64,000 nucleotides of DNA from Vicinamibacterales bacterium (GTDB lineage: Bacteria; Acidobacteriota; Vicinamibacteria; Vicinamibacterales; SCN-69-37). The notes beneath the pieces were generated by a model, which was not told the origin of the DNA, made no database searches, and saw only the letters and a list, made by a program, of their open reading frames with translations. Both the position numbers and the translations under genes were made by a program. The DNA is taken from NCBI GenBank assembly GCA_041394725.1, contig JAWKHR010000036.1, positions 996 through 64,995 of the forward strand, given 5' to 3'. This document shows positions 8,334 to 17,533 of this stretch, in pieces (positions within the stretch are counted from its first letter, which is position 1; every line of letters begins with the position of its first letter).

Positions 8334-9620
8334 TCAGCCGCGCTGGTCGCGCGGCACGTAGTCGCGGCGCGCGGCGCCGACGTAGATCTGCCGGGGCCGC
8401 GCGATCTTCTGGTCCGCGTCGCGCAGCATCTCGTCCCACTGCGCGAGCCAGCCGGCCGTCCGCGGAATCGCGAAGAGCACGGGGAACATGTCGAGCGGGA
8501 AGCCCATCGCCTGGTAGATCAGGCCCGAGTAGAAGTCCACGTTCGGGTAGAGCTTCCGGCTGACGAAGTAGTCGTCCTCGAGGGCGATTCGCTCGAGCTC
8601 GAGCGCAATGTCGGTCAGCGGGTTGCGGCCCGTCACCTCGAACACCTCGTCGGCCGTCCGCTTGATGATCCGGGCCCGCGGGTCGTACGACTTGTAGACC
8701 CGGTGGCCGAAGCCCATCAGCCGGCCCTCGCCGCGCTTCACGCGGCTGATGAAGTTCGGGACGTTCTTCACGTGCCCGATCTCCTGGAGCATCCGCAGCA
8801 CCGCCTCGTTGGCGCCGCCGTGCAGCGGGCCGTAGAGCGCCGCCGCCGCGCCCGCGAGCGCCGAGTACGGGTCGGCCTGCGAGCTGCCGATGCCGCGCAT
8901 GGCGCTCGTGCTGCAGTTCTGCTCGTGATCCGCGTGCAGGATGAACAGGATGTCCAGCGCGCGCTCGAGCACCGGGTTCGGCGCGTACTTGAGCTCCGTC
9001 ATCTTGAACAGCATGTTCAGGAAGTTGCCCGGGAAGCTCAGGTCGTTGTCCGGATAGATGTACGGCCGGCCGATGCTGTGCCGGTAGGCGTAGGCCGCGA
9101 TGCTCGGCACTTTCGCGATCAGGCGCCGGATCTGCAGCCGACGGTTGTCCTCGTCGTGGACGCGCTTGGCGTCGGGGTAGATCGTCGAGAGCGCGCCGAC
9201 CGTCGACAGGAAGATGCCCATCGGGTGCGCGTCGTACTGGAAGCCCTCCATCAGCTTCTTGATGTTCTCGTGGAGCATCGTGTGGAGGGTGATCTCCTGG
9301 ATCCAGCCGTCGAGCTGCGCCGACGTCGGCAGCTCGCCGAACAGGATCAGGTACGTCGTCTCGAGGAACGAGCTCTGCTCGGCCAGCTGGTCGATCGGGT
9401 AGCCGCGATAGAGCAGCACGCCCTTGTCGCCGTCGATGTAGGTGATTCGGCTGCGGCATGACGCGGTGTTCGTGAACGCCGGGTCATAGGTCATCAGCCC
9501 GAAGTCGGTCTCCGAGGTGCGAATCTGCCTCAGGTCCATCGCGCGGATCGTGCCGTGCTCGATGGGGATCTCGTACTGCTTGCCGGTGCGGTTGTCGGTG
9601 ATCGTCAGCGTGTCGGCCAT
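8334..9620 (-). CDS. gltA: Citrate synthase
   Basis: 428 aa counted from MADTLTITDNRTGKQYE. Contains HADHEQN, GPLHGGAN and GFGHRVY citrate synthase motifs. The upstream part of the ORF is Arg/Pro-rich noise. Confidence 0.9.
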   Translation of the reverse strand: MADTLTITDNRTGKQYEIPIEHGTIRAMDLRQIRTSETDFGLMTYDPAFTNTASCRSRITYIDGDKGVLLYRGYPIDQLAEQSSFLETTYLILFGELPTSAQLDGWIQEITLHTMLHENIKKLMEGFQYDAHPMGIFLSTVGALSTIYPDAKRVHDEDNRRLQIRRLIAKVPSIAAYAYRHSIGRPYIYPDNDLSFPGNFLNMLFKMTELKYAPNPVLERALDILFILHADHEQNCSTSAMRGIGSSQADPYSALAGAAAALYGPLHGGANEAVLRMLQEIGHVKNVPNFISRVKRGEGRLMGFGHRVYKSYDPRARIIKRTADEVFEVTGRNPLTDIALELERIALEDDYFVSRKLYPNVDFYSGLIYQAMGFPLDMFPVLFAIPRTAGWLAQWDEMLRDADQKIARPRQIYVGAARRDYVPRDQRG

Positions 9621-9660
9621 GGTCTCGTGTGCGGCGCCGGGCGTCAGCCCTGGGGGCCGG

Positions 9661-9861
9661 TCACTGCGGGTCGGCGCCTGCGTCAGGCCGCGCGACCCCG
9701 GTCTCCTCGTCGTCCGCCGCCGCCGGCGTGCCGGGGATGCGGTAGTCACCCCGCAGCCAGCGCGCCAGGTCGGCCATCCGGCAGCGCTCGCTGCAGAACG
9801 GCCGCCACTCGGGCCGGGCCGGTCGCCGGCGGCAATGCACGCACGGCGACGTGTCGGGCAT
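9661..9861 (-). CDS. yacG: DNA gyrase inhibitor YacG-like zinc finger protein
   Basis: CVHC...[16 protein letters not shown] matches the YacG zinc-finger pattern. Confidence 0.7.
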   Translation of the reverse strand: MPDTSPCVHCRRRPARPEWRPFCSERCRMADLARWLRGDYRIPGTPAAADDEETGVARPDAGADPQ

Positions 9862-9989
9862 CTCGCTATTGTAGCGGGTTCCGGCGGCCGGTTCACGCGG
9901 GCCCGGCGCGGGACGCGCGATACCGGGCCGCGCGCGTGACCGCAGCCGTCCCGCGGCCGTCAGCGCGGCCGCAGCCGTCAGCGCAGCCG

Positions 9990-10670
9990 TCAGCGCGGCT
10001 CTTCGGCGTGGTGCCGCACGTCCTTCGCCGAGACGAGGAAGATCACGTCCTCGGCGATGTTCGTCGCGTGGTCGCCGATGCGTTCCAGGTGCCGCGAGAC
10101 CAGGATCAGGTCCAGCGACGGCTCGATCGTGGCCGGCTTCTTCAACATGAAGTCCAGCAGCTCGCGGAAGACCAGCGTCTTGAGCATGTCCAGCTCGTCG
10201 TCGCGGTCGAGCACGGACTGGGCCAGCGGCAGGTCGCGCCGCACGAACGCGTCCAGCGCGTCGCGGAGCATGTTCTGCGCGATCTCGGCCATGCGCGGGA
10301 TGTCGATCAGCTCCTTGACCGGCGGGTGGAGCAGATACCGGGTCGCCGCCTCGGCGATGTTGACCGCCAGGTCGCCCACGCGCTCGAGGTCGGTGTTGAT
10401 CTTCACGGCCGAGACGATCACGCGCAGGTCCACCGCCATCGGCTGGTGGAGCGCGAGCAGCTTGAAGCAGCGGTCGTCGATCTCGATGTGCAGCGCGTTG
10501 ATCGCGTGGTCGCCGGTCAGCACGCGCTCGATGGCCGACGCGTCGCGCTCGACGAGGCCCTTGACGACCGTCCGGAGGCGGTCCTCGGCCAGGCCGCCCA
10601 TCTCGAGCAGGCGCGCCTTGAGCTGGTCCAGCTCGTCCTGGAAGTGTCGGGTATGGCGTTCGGTGGTCAT
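9990..10670 (-). CDS. phoU: Phosphate signalling complex protein PhoU
   Basis: Two PhoU repeats ([30 protein letters not shown]), located directly downstream of pstB. Confidence 0.9.
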   Translation of the reverse strand: MTTERHTRHFQDELDQLKARLLEMGGLAEDRLRTVVKGLVERDASAIERVLTGDHAINALHIEIDDRCFKLLALHQPMAVDLRVIVSAVKINTDLERVGDLAVNIAEAATRYLLHPPVKELIDIPRMAEIAQNMLRDALDAFVRRDLPLAQSVLDRDDELDMLKTLVFRELLDFMLKKPATIEPSLDLILVSRHLERIGDHATNIAEDVIFLVSAKDVRHHAEEPR

Positions 10671-10713
10671 GTCGATCGCGACGGGCCTCCTGCCCGACGG
10701 CCGCGCGGGCGGC

Positions 10714-11549
10714 CTAGCCGAACCGTCCGGTCACGTAGTCTTCGGTCAGCTTCTCGGCCGGGTTCGTGAAGATCTGGTCCGTCGGCCCGCACTCGACCAG
10801 GGTGCCCAGCCAGAAGAAGGCGGTCTGGTCCGAGACGCGCGCCGCCTGCTGCATGTTGTGCGTGACGATCACGATCGTATAGTCGCGCTTGAGCTCGTAG
10901 ATCAGCTCCTCGATCCGCTGCGTGGCGATCGGGTCGAGCGCCGACGCCGGCTCGTCCATGAGCAGGATGTCCGGCTGCACCGCCAGGGCGCGCGCGATGC
11001 ACAGCCGCTGCTGCTGACCGCCCGAGAGCGCCAGCGCCGACTCGTGCAGGCGGTCCTTCACCTCGTCCCAGATGGCCGCGGCGCGCAGGCTCTGCTCGAC
11101 CCGCTCCTCCATGTCGCGCCGGCTGCGCGCGATCTGGTTGATCCGCAGCCCATAGGCGATGTTCTCGAAGATCGACTTCGGGAACGGGTTCGAACTTCTG
11201 GAACACCATCCCCACCCGCCGCCGGAGCGCGACGACGTCGGTGTCGGGCGCGTAGATGTCGCGCCCCGTCGATCCAGACCGACCCCTCGACCGCGTGCCG
11301 GCGATGATGTCGTTCATCCGGTTCAGCGTCCGCAGGAACGTGCTCTTGCGCACTTTTTGGTGGCCCGATGAACGCGGTGACCAGAGTTCGCCCGGATGTC
11401 GATGTGGATGTCGGTGAGCGCCCGCTTCTTGGCAGGTTCATCCGGTCCACGGCGATCTTGAGCGGGGCCTCGACGCCCGTGCCGGAGCCTCGGACGGCGC
11501 GGGGCCGGCCGGGGGCGGCGACGGGGAGATCGGACGGAGCACCGTGGTC
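10714..11549 (-). pseudogene. pstB: Phosphate ABC transporter ATPase PstB, multiply frameshifted and Walker A disrupted as assembled (5' boundary approximate)
   Basis: The C-terminal 132 aa are intact ([15 protein letters not shown]...[12 protein letters not shown]...THNMQQA). Upstream pieces lie in three frames: [45 protein letters not shown] and [13 protein letters not shown]. The expected GPSGCGKST reads GPPKSA plus a frameshift. Confidence 0.8.
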
Positions 11550-12436
11550 GCGGCCGGCCCTTCTGGAAACGATCCGCACGACGATGGCGACCGCGTTCAT
11601 CGTCAGCAGCGCGAGCAGGACGATGATACCGGCCGCGGCGTTGTTCGAGAACCCCGCCTGCGGCTGGGACACCCAGTTGTAGATCTGGATGGGCAGCGCG
11701 TGAACGGCGAGAACACGCTGTCCGGGCGTGAAGTTGACGTAGGTCACCGCCCCGATCACGACGAGCGGCGCCGTCTCGCTGCGACCGCCCGCGACAGGGC
11801 CAGGATCAGCCCCGTCGCGTGATGCTCGGCGTCGCGCCCAGCACCTGGTGCCACGTCGTCTGCCACTTGGTCGCGCCGAGCGCGTAGGACCCCTCCCGGA
11901 TGGACTTGGGCACGGTGCGCAGCGCCTCGCGCGTGGAGAGGATCACCACCGGCAGCACGAGCAGGGCCAGCGTCGCGGCCCCGGCCAGCACGCTCCGGCC
12001 CATGTGCATCGTCCGCACGAACAGGCCGAGGCCGAGCAGGCCGTACACGATGGACGGCACCCCGGCGAGATTCGCGATGTTGACCTCGATCAGCCGCGAC
12101 CACCGGCCGCCGCCGCCGTAACCACTCGAGGTAGAGCGCCGCCGCGACATCCAGCGGGACCGCGATGAGCGCGGTCAGGACCATCAGCCAGATGCTGCCG
12201 ATGAGCGCCGGAAAGATCCCGCCTGGCTCGCGCGTACGGCGGCGGGCTCGTGAGGAAGGCCCAGTCCAGGCTGCCGAGGCCGTCCGGGAGGATGTCGTAG
12301 AGCAGCGCGGCCAGCGCGGCCAGTGCCAGCGCCAGCACCAGCAGGCCCATCGACTGCAGCAACCGGTCGCCCCTGGGCGCCGAGGCGGCCGACCGAAGGG
12401 CACGGGCAGGGCAGGCGTGGCGGCGCCAGTGGTCAC
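11550..12436 (-). pseudogene. pstA: Phosphate ABC transporter permease PstA, frameshifted as assembled (3' boundary approximate)
   Basis: Conserved pieces are spread over three frames: [49 protein letters not shown]...[13 protein letters not shown] and IGAVTYVNFTPG...ALPIQIYNW. The GTG start overlaps the reconstructed pstC stop (GTGA). Confidence 0.75.
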
Positions 12437-13324
12437 GCGTATTCCTCCCGGAACCTGCGCCAGCCGGTGCTGGCGGTTGAGGCAGGAAGGTCATCGGAAC
12501 CCAGGACGATGCCGCCGCGAGATGTTCCGGCAAGCCAGGCGTGCCGCCAGCGTGCTCGCCCTGGCTGACCCTGGGTGAGCGCGGGCGTCGCCGGTCATGC
12601 TCGACTGGGCACGGCGGTTGAGGCGTGATACGCGGTTCGAGGCCCGGCGCGATCGTCTGATCATCGTCTCGCCGACCGCGCGCGAGACCGCGAGGACGAA
12701 CGACGCCGAGATGCCCGAGCGCCGCCGGGACCACCACCGCAGCGCCGCCTGCATCTTCGTCGCCCCGAGGGCGTAGGCGCCCTCGCGCGCCAGCCCGTTC
12801 GGGACGGCGTGCAGCGCGTCTTCGGAGAGCGACGAGACCAGCGGCAGGATCATGATGCCCATCACGATGCCCGGGCCGAGCGCGTTGAACAGCGCCAGGC
12901 CCGGCACGACCTGCTGGAGCATCGGCGTCACGAAGAGCAGGGCGAAGTAGCCGTAGACGACCGTCGGGACGCCGGCCAGGATCTCCAGCACCGGCTTGAT
13001 CACCCGCCGGGTCGCGGGGCGTGCGTACTCACTCAGGTAGATGGCCGAGAGCAGCCCCGCCGGCAGCGCCACCGCCATCGCGATCCCGGAGACGAGCACC
13101 GTGCCGGTGACCAGCGGCAGGATGCCGAAGTGCTTCTGGGCGAAGAGCGGCGTCCACTGCGTGCCCGTGAGGAACTCGACGACCGGCACCTCGCGGAGGA
13201 ACCCGACCGTTTCCCAGAGCAGCACGACGATGATGCCGAGCGTCACGAGGACGGACGTCGTCGCGCAGAGGAACAGGCCTCGCTCGATCACGAACTCGAG
13301 GCGCCGGCGGGCGGTGGGCGTCAT
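12433..13324 (-). pseudogene. pstC: Phosphate ABC transporter permease PstC, frameshifted as assembled
   Basis: The N-terminal ~215 aa are intact (LPLVTGT...[12 protein letters not shown]...[12 protein letters not shown]). The C-terminal third switches frame several times ([27 protein letters not shown], ...RFREEYA-stop at 12433). Confidence 0.75.
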
Positions 13325-13397
13325 CACAGGAGGCGATTGAAGCACAGATGGGCGGCGCCGGTACGCCGGCGCCGCCCGGGTGGTCGGCGCGCGGCCC

Positions 13398-14423
13398 TCA
13401 GTGCATGCCCTTCAGCAGGTCCTCGAGGGACGCGGTGTGCGAGGCGTTGGTGAACATGCTGCCCGTCGTGCGGGCCGCCCAGCGCTTCCGGACCAGGTCC
13501 TGCTCGGCCGGCGCGAGCGGCACGTAGCCCACCTCGCGGATGAGCGCGTCGTCGAGCTTCATGTAGAACTCGACGAACTTCTGGACCTCGGGGCGCTCCA
13601 GCGCCTTGGTGTTGGCGTAGATGAAGAGCGGGCGCGACAGCGGGCGGTAGGTGCCGTTGCGTACCGTCTCGATCGACGGCGCGATCGGCCCGGCGCCGTT
13701 GTCGGGGTTGCCGTCGTCGACCGGGACCAGCTTGAGCTTGTCCTGGTTCTGCTCGAAGTAGGCCAGGCCGAAGTAGCCGAGCGCGTTCGGGTCGCCGGCG
13801 ATGCCCTGCACCAGCACGTTGTCGTCCTCGCTGGCCGTGTAGTCGCCGCGGCTCTCCTGCGCCTTGCCGTTGATCGCCTCGGTGAAGTAGTCGAAGGTGC
13901 CCGACGCGGTGCCGGGGCCGAACAGGTGGATCTCGGCGTCCGGCCAGTCGGCGCGGATCTGGTTCCAGCGCTTGATCTGACCCTGGGCGGCCGGCTCCCA
14001 CAGCTTGTGGAGCTCCTCGACGGTCATCGAGTTCACCCAGGTGTTGCTGTGGCTCACGACGACGGCGAGGCCGTCGTAGGCCACCGGCAGCTCGACGTAG
14101 CTGATGCCCGCGCCGGCGCAGAGCTCGGCCTCGGTCGCCTTGACCGGCCGGGACGCGTCGGAGATGGCGGTCTCGTTCCGGCAGAACTTCTGGAAGCCGC
14201 CGCCCGTGCCGGACTCGGCGACGGTCACCCGGATCGCCGGGTTCTCCCGCTGGAAGTCCTCGGCGACGGCCTGGGAGATCGGGAAGACGGTGGACGAGCC
14301 GTCGATGGCGATGACGGCGCTTTCGGCGCGCTCGGAGGCGCCGCCGCAGGCGGCGATCGTCACGGCCGACAGCAGGGTCGCGGCGAGCGAAATCAGGGGC
14401 CACAGGGGGCGACGGTTTGACAT
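13398..14423 (-). CDS. pstS: Phosphate ABC transporter substrate-binding protein PstS
   Basis: Intact 341-aa ORF with signal/lipoprotein-like N-terminus, GSSTV...SGTGGG...ASRP...GT motifs, and an operon position upstream of pstC. Confidence 0.9.
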   Translation of the reverse strand: MSNRRPLWPLISLAATLLSAVTIAACGGASERAESAVIAIDGSSTVFPISQAVAEDFQRENPAIRVTVAESGTGGGFQKFCRNETAISDASRPVKATEAELCAGAGISYVELPVAYDGLAVVVSHSNTWVNSMTVEELHKLWEPAAQGQIKRWNQIRADWPDAEIHLFGPGTASGTFDYFTEAINGKAQESRGDYTASEDDNVLVQGIAGDPNALGYFGLAYFEQNQDKLKLVPVDDGNPDNGAGPIAPSIETVRNGTYRPLSRPLFIYANTKALERPEVQKFVEFYMKLDDALIREVGYVPLAPAEQDLVRKRWAARTTGSMFTNASHTASLEDLLKGMH

Positions 14424-14465
14424 GTCGCCACTTTATGGCCGCCCGATTTCGCGGCAGTTTCGCAC

Positions 14466-14483
14466 GTGTTAAATCGGTGTAAC
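14466..14483 (-). promoter_or_regulatory. Pho-box-like direct repeat GTTACAC-CGAT-TTAACAC (gene orientation) upstream of pstS
   Basis: 7+4+7 direct repeat, AT-rich in a GC-rich 67-bp intergenic region, 43-60 nt upstream of the pstS ATG. Confidence 0.5.
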
Positions 14484-14490
14484 GTGCCCG

Positions 14491-15246
14491 TCACCACTCC
14501 GACGAGCGCACCCGCGGGCTCCCCGACTCCTCCAGGAACTCGCCGATCTGGCGCCGCAGTTCCTCCTGGATCGAGAGGATCGGCTTGCGGCCCTCGAGGA
14601 CCCGGAACCCGAATTCCTCGGACATGGCCCCGTACTCCTTGAGCAGCGCGCGCTGGTAGGTCCGGAAGTTGTCGTAGATGTCGTCGCCGGCCTTCATGTC
14701 CATGCCGGACTCCCAGTACTCCATGCCGCCGCTCTCGAGCACGCGCCGCGCGAGCGCGTCGACGTCGATCTTCAGGTAGAAGACCAGGTGCGGGCTGATC
14801 GCGAAGCCGTACAGCTTGCGGATCCACTGGCTGTCCACGCCGCGGACCCCGGCGCGCGCGATGGCCGTGTAGATGTAGCGGTCGGCCAGGACGATGAAGC
14901 CCGCCTTGAGCGCCGGGATGATCTCCTTCTCGAGCCGGTCGGCGAAGTCGCACGCGTAGAGCAGCACGAACGTCAGCTTGTTGAGCGTGTTGCTCGACTT
15001 GGCCAGGTCGATCGTCGGCGCCATGAGCGGCGACCGCGTCCACCCGGTCTCCACCACGCCGTAGCCCTGGACCTCGAGCCACTCGCGGAGGAGCCGGATC
15101 TGCGTCGATCGGCCGACGCCGTCGGTGCCCTCGATGGCGATGATCTTGCCGGGGTAGCTGTCGATGTGGAGGTACGGCAGCCCGTGGCCGTAGTAGTGGC
15201 CGGGCGTGACGCCGCCGTGGGCGCCGGCTTCGGGATGCTCGCTCAT
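14491..15246 (-). CDS. Thymidylate-kinase-fold P-loop protein, paralogue 2 (Walker A reads GTDGVGRST)
   Basis: Tmk-like layout (P-loop, LADRYIYTAIAR). ATGA overlap with the upstream paralogue. The N-terminal part of the long ORF was rejected as non-coding. Confidence 0.65.
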   Translation of the reverse strand: MSEHPEAGAHGGVTPGHYYGHGLPYLHIDSYPGKIIAIEGTDGVGRSTQIRLLREWLEVQGYGVVETGWTRSPLMAPTIDLAKSSNTLNKLTFVLLYACDFADRLEKEIIPALKAGFIVLADRYIYTAIARAGVRGVDSQWIRKLYGFAISPHLVFYLKIDVDALARRVLESGGMEYWESGMDMKAGDDIYDNFRTYQRALLKEYGAMSEEFGFRVLEGRKPILSIQEELRRQIGEFLEESGSPRVRSSEW

Positions 15247-15917
15247 GAGGGCTGCTGCTCCAGTCGTTCGGAGACCAGGCGCCGGAAGACGCGCTGCTGG
15301 TCGGTGATGCTGCCCGTCGCGTCCACCACGGACAGGCCGTGCTCGGGCACGATGCGGTCGTATTCCTCGAGGACCTTCGACTGGAACAGCCGGAAGCTCT
15401 CGGTGGCGTTCGTGCTCCAGCCCATGTCGAGGCCGGCCTCGTAGAACTTCAGCTTCACGCGGCGCGCGAGCAGCCGGTCCAGCGAGACGTCGATCGTGAC
15501 GCGGAAGTAGACCGCGAGATCGGGCTTGACCGCGAAGCTGTACAGGTCGCGGACCCATTCGCGGTGGACGCCGCGCGCCACGTCGCGCGCGAACGCGGTG
15601 TAGGCGTAGCGGTCGGCGAGCACGATCATGCCGGCCTTGAGGGGCGGGATGATCTTGTAGAGCAGCCGGTCGGCGAAGTCGGTGGCGTGCAGCAGGCTGA
15701 ACGTCATGGGCGTGAGGGCGTTCTTCTTCTTGCCCGTCTTCGTGGCCGCCTTGACGAGCGCCGACGAATTCCACTCGGTGACGAACACCCGGTGCCCGCT
15801 CGCCGCCAGCCACTTCGCCAGCAGGCCGAGCTGCGTCGTCTTACCGGACCCGTCGATGCCCTCGACGACGAACAGCCGGCCGGGATACGTGTGGGGCGCG
15901 TCGAGCCTGTTCAGCAT
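15243..15917 (-). CDS. Thymidylate-kinase-fold P-loop kinase, paralogue 1
   Basis: GIDGSGKTTQ Walker A and LADRYAYTAFAR (DRY motif). A purine-rich RBS precedes the ATG at 15917. Confidence 0.7.
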   Translation of the reverse strand: MLNRLDAPHTYPGRLFVVEGIDGSGKTTQLGLLAKWLAASGHRVFVTEWNSSALVKAATKTGKKKNALTPMTFSLLHATDFADRLLYKIIPPLKAGMIVLADRYAYTAFARDVARGVHREWVRDLYSFAVKPDLAVYFRVTIDVSLDRLLARRVKLKFYEAGLDMGWSTNATESFRLFQSKVLEEYDRIVPEHGLSVVDATGSITDQQRVFRRLVSERLEQQPS

Positions 15918-17496
15918 GGGGAGAGGCGTCCTTGTCCTTCCTGGTGGTGGCGGGCGCGTGCCCGGCCGCCGCGACGACGTCGATGCGCAGCCCGAGCGCG
16001 CGCGCGAGGGCCTCGGCGTGGCGATGCGCCGCCCAGAGTTCGAGCTCCGCGTCGCCCTTCGCCGTGACCGCCACGCGCAGCGCGTCGCCGGCGTCCGTTT
16101 CGGTGGCGGCCAGCGTGTCGATGACCTGCGTGTGGCTGCGGTCGAGGCCCTCGGCCAGCTGCACCATCGCCGAGAGCACGCGCACGGTCCGGCGGCGCGA
16201 CTTCGAGAGCGCGCCGAACGGCTCGTGCGACTTCTTCGGCCGGCCCTGCCGGTGGTACCGCGCGACGAGCGCGATCATCTCGATCTCGTCGGGCTCGAAG
16301 CCCCGCAGGCCGCCGTTCTTGATGAGGTAGTAGGAGTGCCGGTGGTGGCGTTCGTAGCTGATCGCGTGGCCGATGTCGTGCAGGCGCGCGCCGTACTCGA
16401 GCCACTCGCGCTCCAGCTGGCCCAGTCCATGCCGCGCGGCGGTCGCGTCGAACAGCGCCAGGGCCAGCCGCGCGATCTGCTCGCCGTGGTTCGCACCCGC
16501 GTGGAACCGCTCGGCCAGCTCGATCACGCTGCGCCGCCGGACGTCGGGATACCGCTCCGCGGTCCGGATGTGCGCCGCGTTGCGGCGGATGTAGTCGAGC
16601 ACCAGGCCCTCGCGGAGCGCGAAGTCGGAGAGCGTCAGTTCCGTCGCGCCGAGGTCCTCGAGCAGCGTGTCGATGAGCACCGCGCCCACCGCGGAGAGGT
16701 CCGCGCGACGGGGATCGAGGCCGGGCAGCTCGAGCCGCGCCTCGAGCGGCATCCGCGTGAGCCGGCGGCGGAGCCGGCCGATGTTCCGCACGGCCACGCG
16801 CAGGTTGCGCGACTCCTCGGCCGGGCGCCGGCCGCCCGCGGCCAGGCCGCCGATCGACAGCATCGTGCCCGACGCGCCGATGACGCGCTCGAAGCCGCGC
16901 GCCTTGATCTGGCGCAGGTAGGCCCGGGCCTCGCGCCGGATGTGCCGCACGAGGCGCTCCTCGTCGCGCGGCGGCAGCGGATCGTCCGTGGCGAAGCGTT
17001 CCGTCAGGCGGATCGCGCCGAGCTTGAAGCTGCGCGCCATCTCGACGCGCGTCGCCGTGCCGAGGGTGATCTCCGTGCTGCCGCCGCCGATGTCGATGAC
17101 GACCGACCGGTGCCGGCCGACGCCGACCGCGTAGCCCGCCGCGAGGTGGATCAGCCGCGCTTCCTCGGTGCCCGAGATGACGCGGACGCGGAGCCCGAGA
17201 TCGCGACGGGCCGCCGTGATGAAGTCCGCGCCGTTCTCCGCCTCGCGCACCGCGCTCGTCGCCGTCGCGATGATTTCGTCCACCGCGCGCGACTCGGCCA
17301 GGCGCTTGAACTTCGCGAGCGTCTGCATCGCGGTCGCCACCGCGGCGGGCGAGAGCCGGCGGCCGCCCAGGCTCGCGGCGCCAAGGCGTATCATGTCCTT
17401 CTCGCGGTCGACGACTTCGAAGGAAAGATCGGGTCGGATGCGGCACACGATCATGTGCACCGAGTTGCTTCCGACGTCGATGGCGGCGATGCGCAT
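15841..17496 (-). CDS. ppx: Ppx/GppA-family exopolyphosphatase with C-terminal HD domain
   Basis: MRIAAIDVGSNSVHM...DIGGGSTE (ASKHA phosphatase motifs) plus an HD domain (LHDIGH). The 3' end overlaps the next gene by 77 nt. Confidence 0.85.
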   Translation of the reverse strand: MRIAAIDVGSNSVHMIVCRIRPDLSFEVVDREKDMIRLGAASLGGRRLSPAAVATAMQTLAKFKRLAESRAVDEIIATATSAVREAENGADFITAARRDLGLRVRVISGTEEARLIHLAAGYAVGVGRHRSVVIDIGGGSTEITLGTATRVEMARSFKLGAIRLTERFATDDPLPPRDEERLVRHIRREARAYLRQIKARGFERVIGASGTMLSIGGLAAGGRRPAEESRNLRVAVRNIGRLRRRLTRMPLEARLELPGLDPRRADLSAVGAVLIDTLLEDLGATELTLSDFALREGLVLDYIRRNAAHIRTAERYPDVRRRSVIELAERFHAGANHGEQIARLALALFDATAARHGLGQLEREWLEYGARLHDIGHAISYERHHRHSYYLIKNGGLRGFEPDEIEMIALVARYHRQGRPKKSHEPFGALSKSRRRTVRVLSAMVQLAEGLDRSHTQVIDTLAATETDAGDALRVAVTAKGDAELELWAAHRHAEALARALGLRIDVVAAAGHAPATTRKDKDASPHAEQARRAPHVSRPAVRRRGHRRVR

Positions 17497-17498
17497 GC

Positions 17499-17516
17499 GT
17501 TACACGGTCGTTACAC
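17499..17516 (+). promoter_or_regulatory. Pho-box-like perfect direct repeat GTTACAC-GGTC-GTTACAC in the ppx / CHAD divergent region
   Basis: Perfect 7-nt direct repeat with a 4-nt spacer inside a 37-bp divergent intergenic region. Confidence 0.55.
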
Positions 17517-17533
17517 GGAGGTCGGGTCGGAGA

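Noticed and set aside
6767-8563. 598-aa plus-strand ORF running from the leuA-like gene across the M28 peptidase gene.
   Set aside because: Only its first ~70 codons are meaningful, as the frameshifted C-terminal part of the leuA-like gene. The rest is low-complexity read-through antisense to a well-supported peptidase gene.
9937-9995. Short tandem repeat CCGTCAGCG(C) at the 3' end of phoU.
   Set aside because: It has three to four imperfect copies that include the phoU stop codon. No structure or function is suggested beyond simple slippage.
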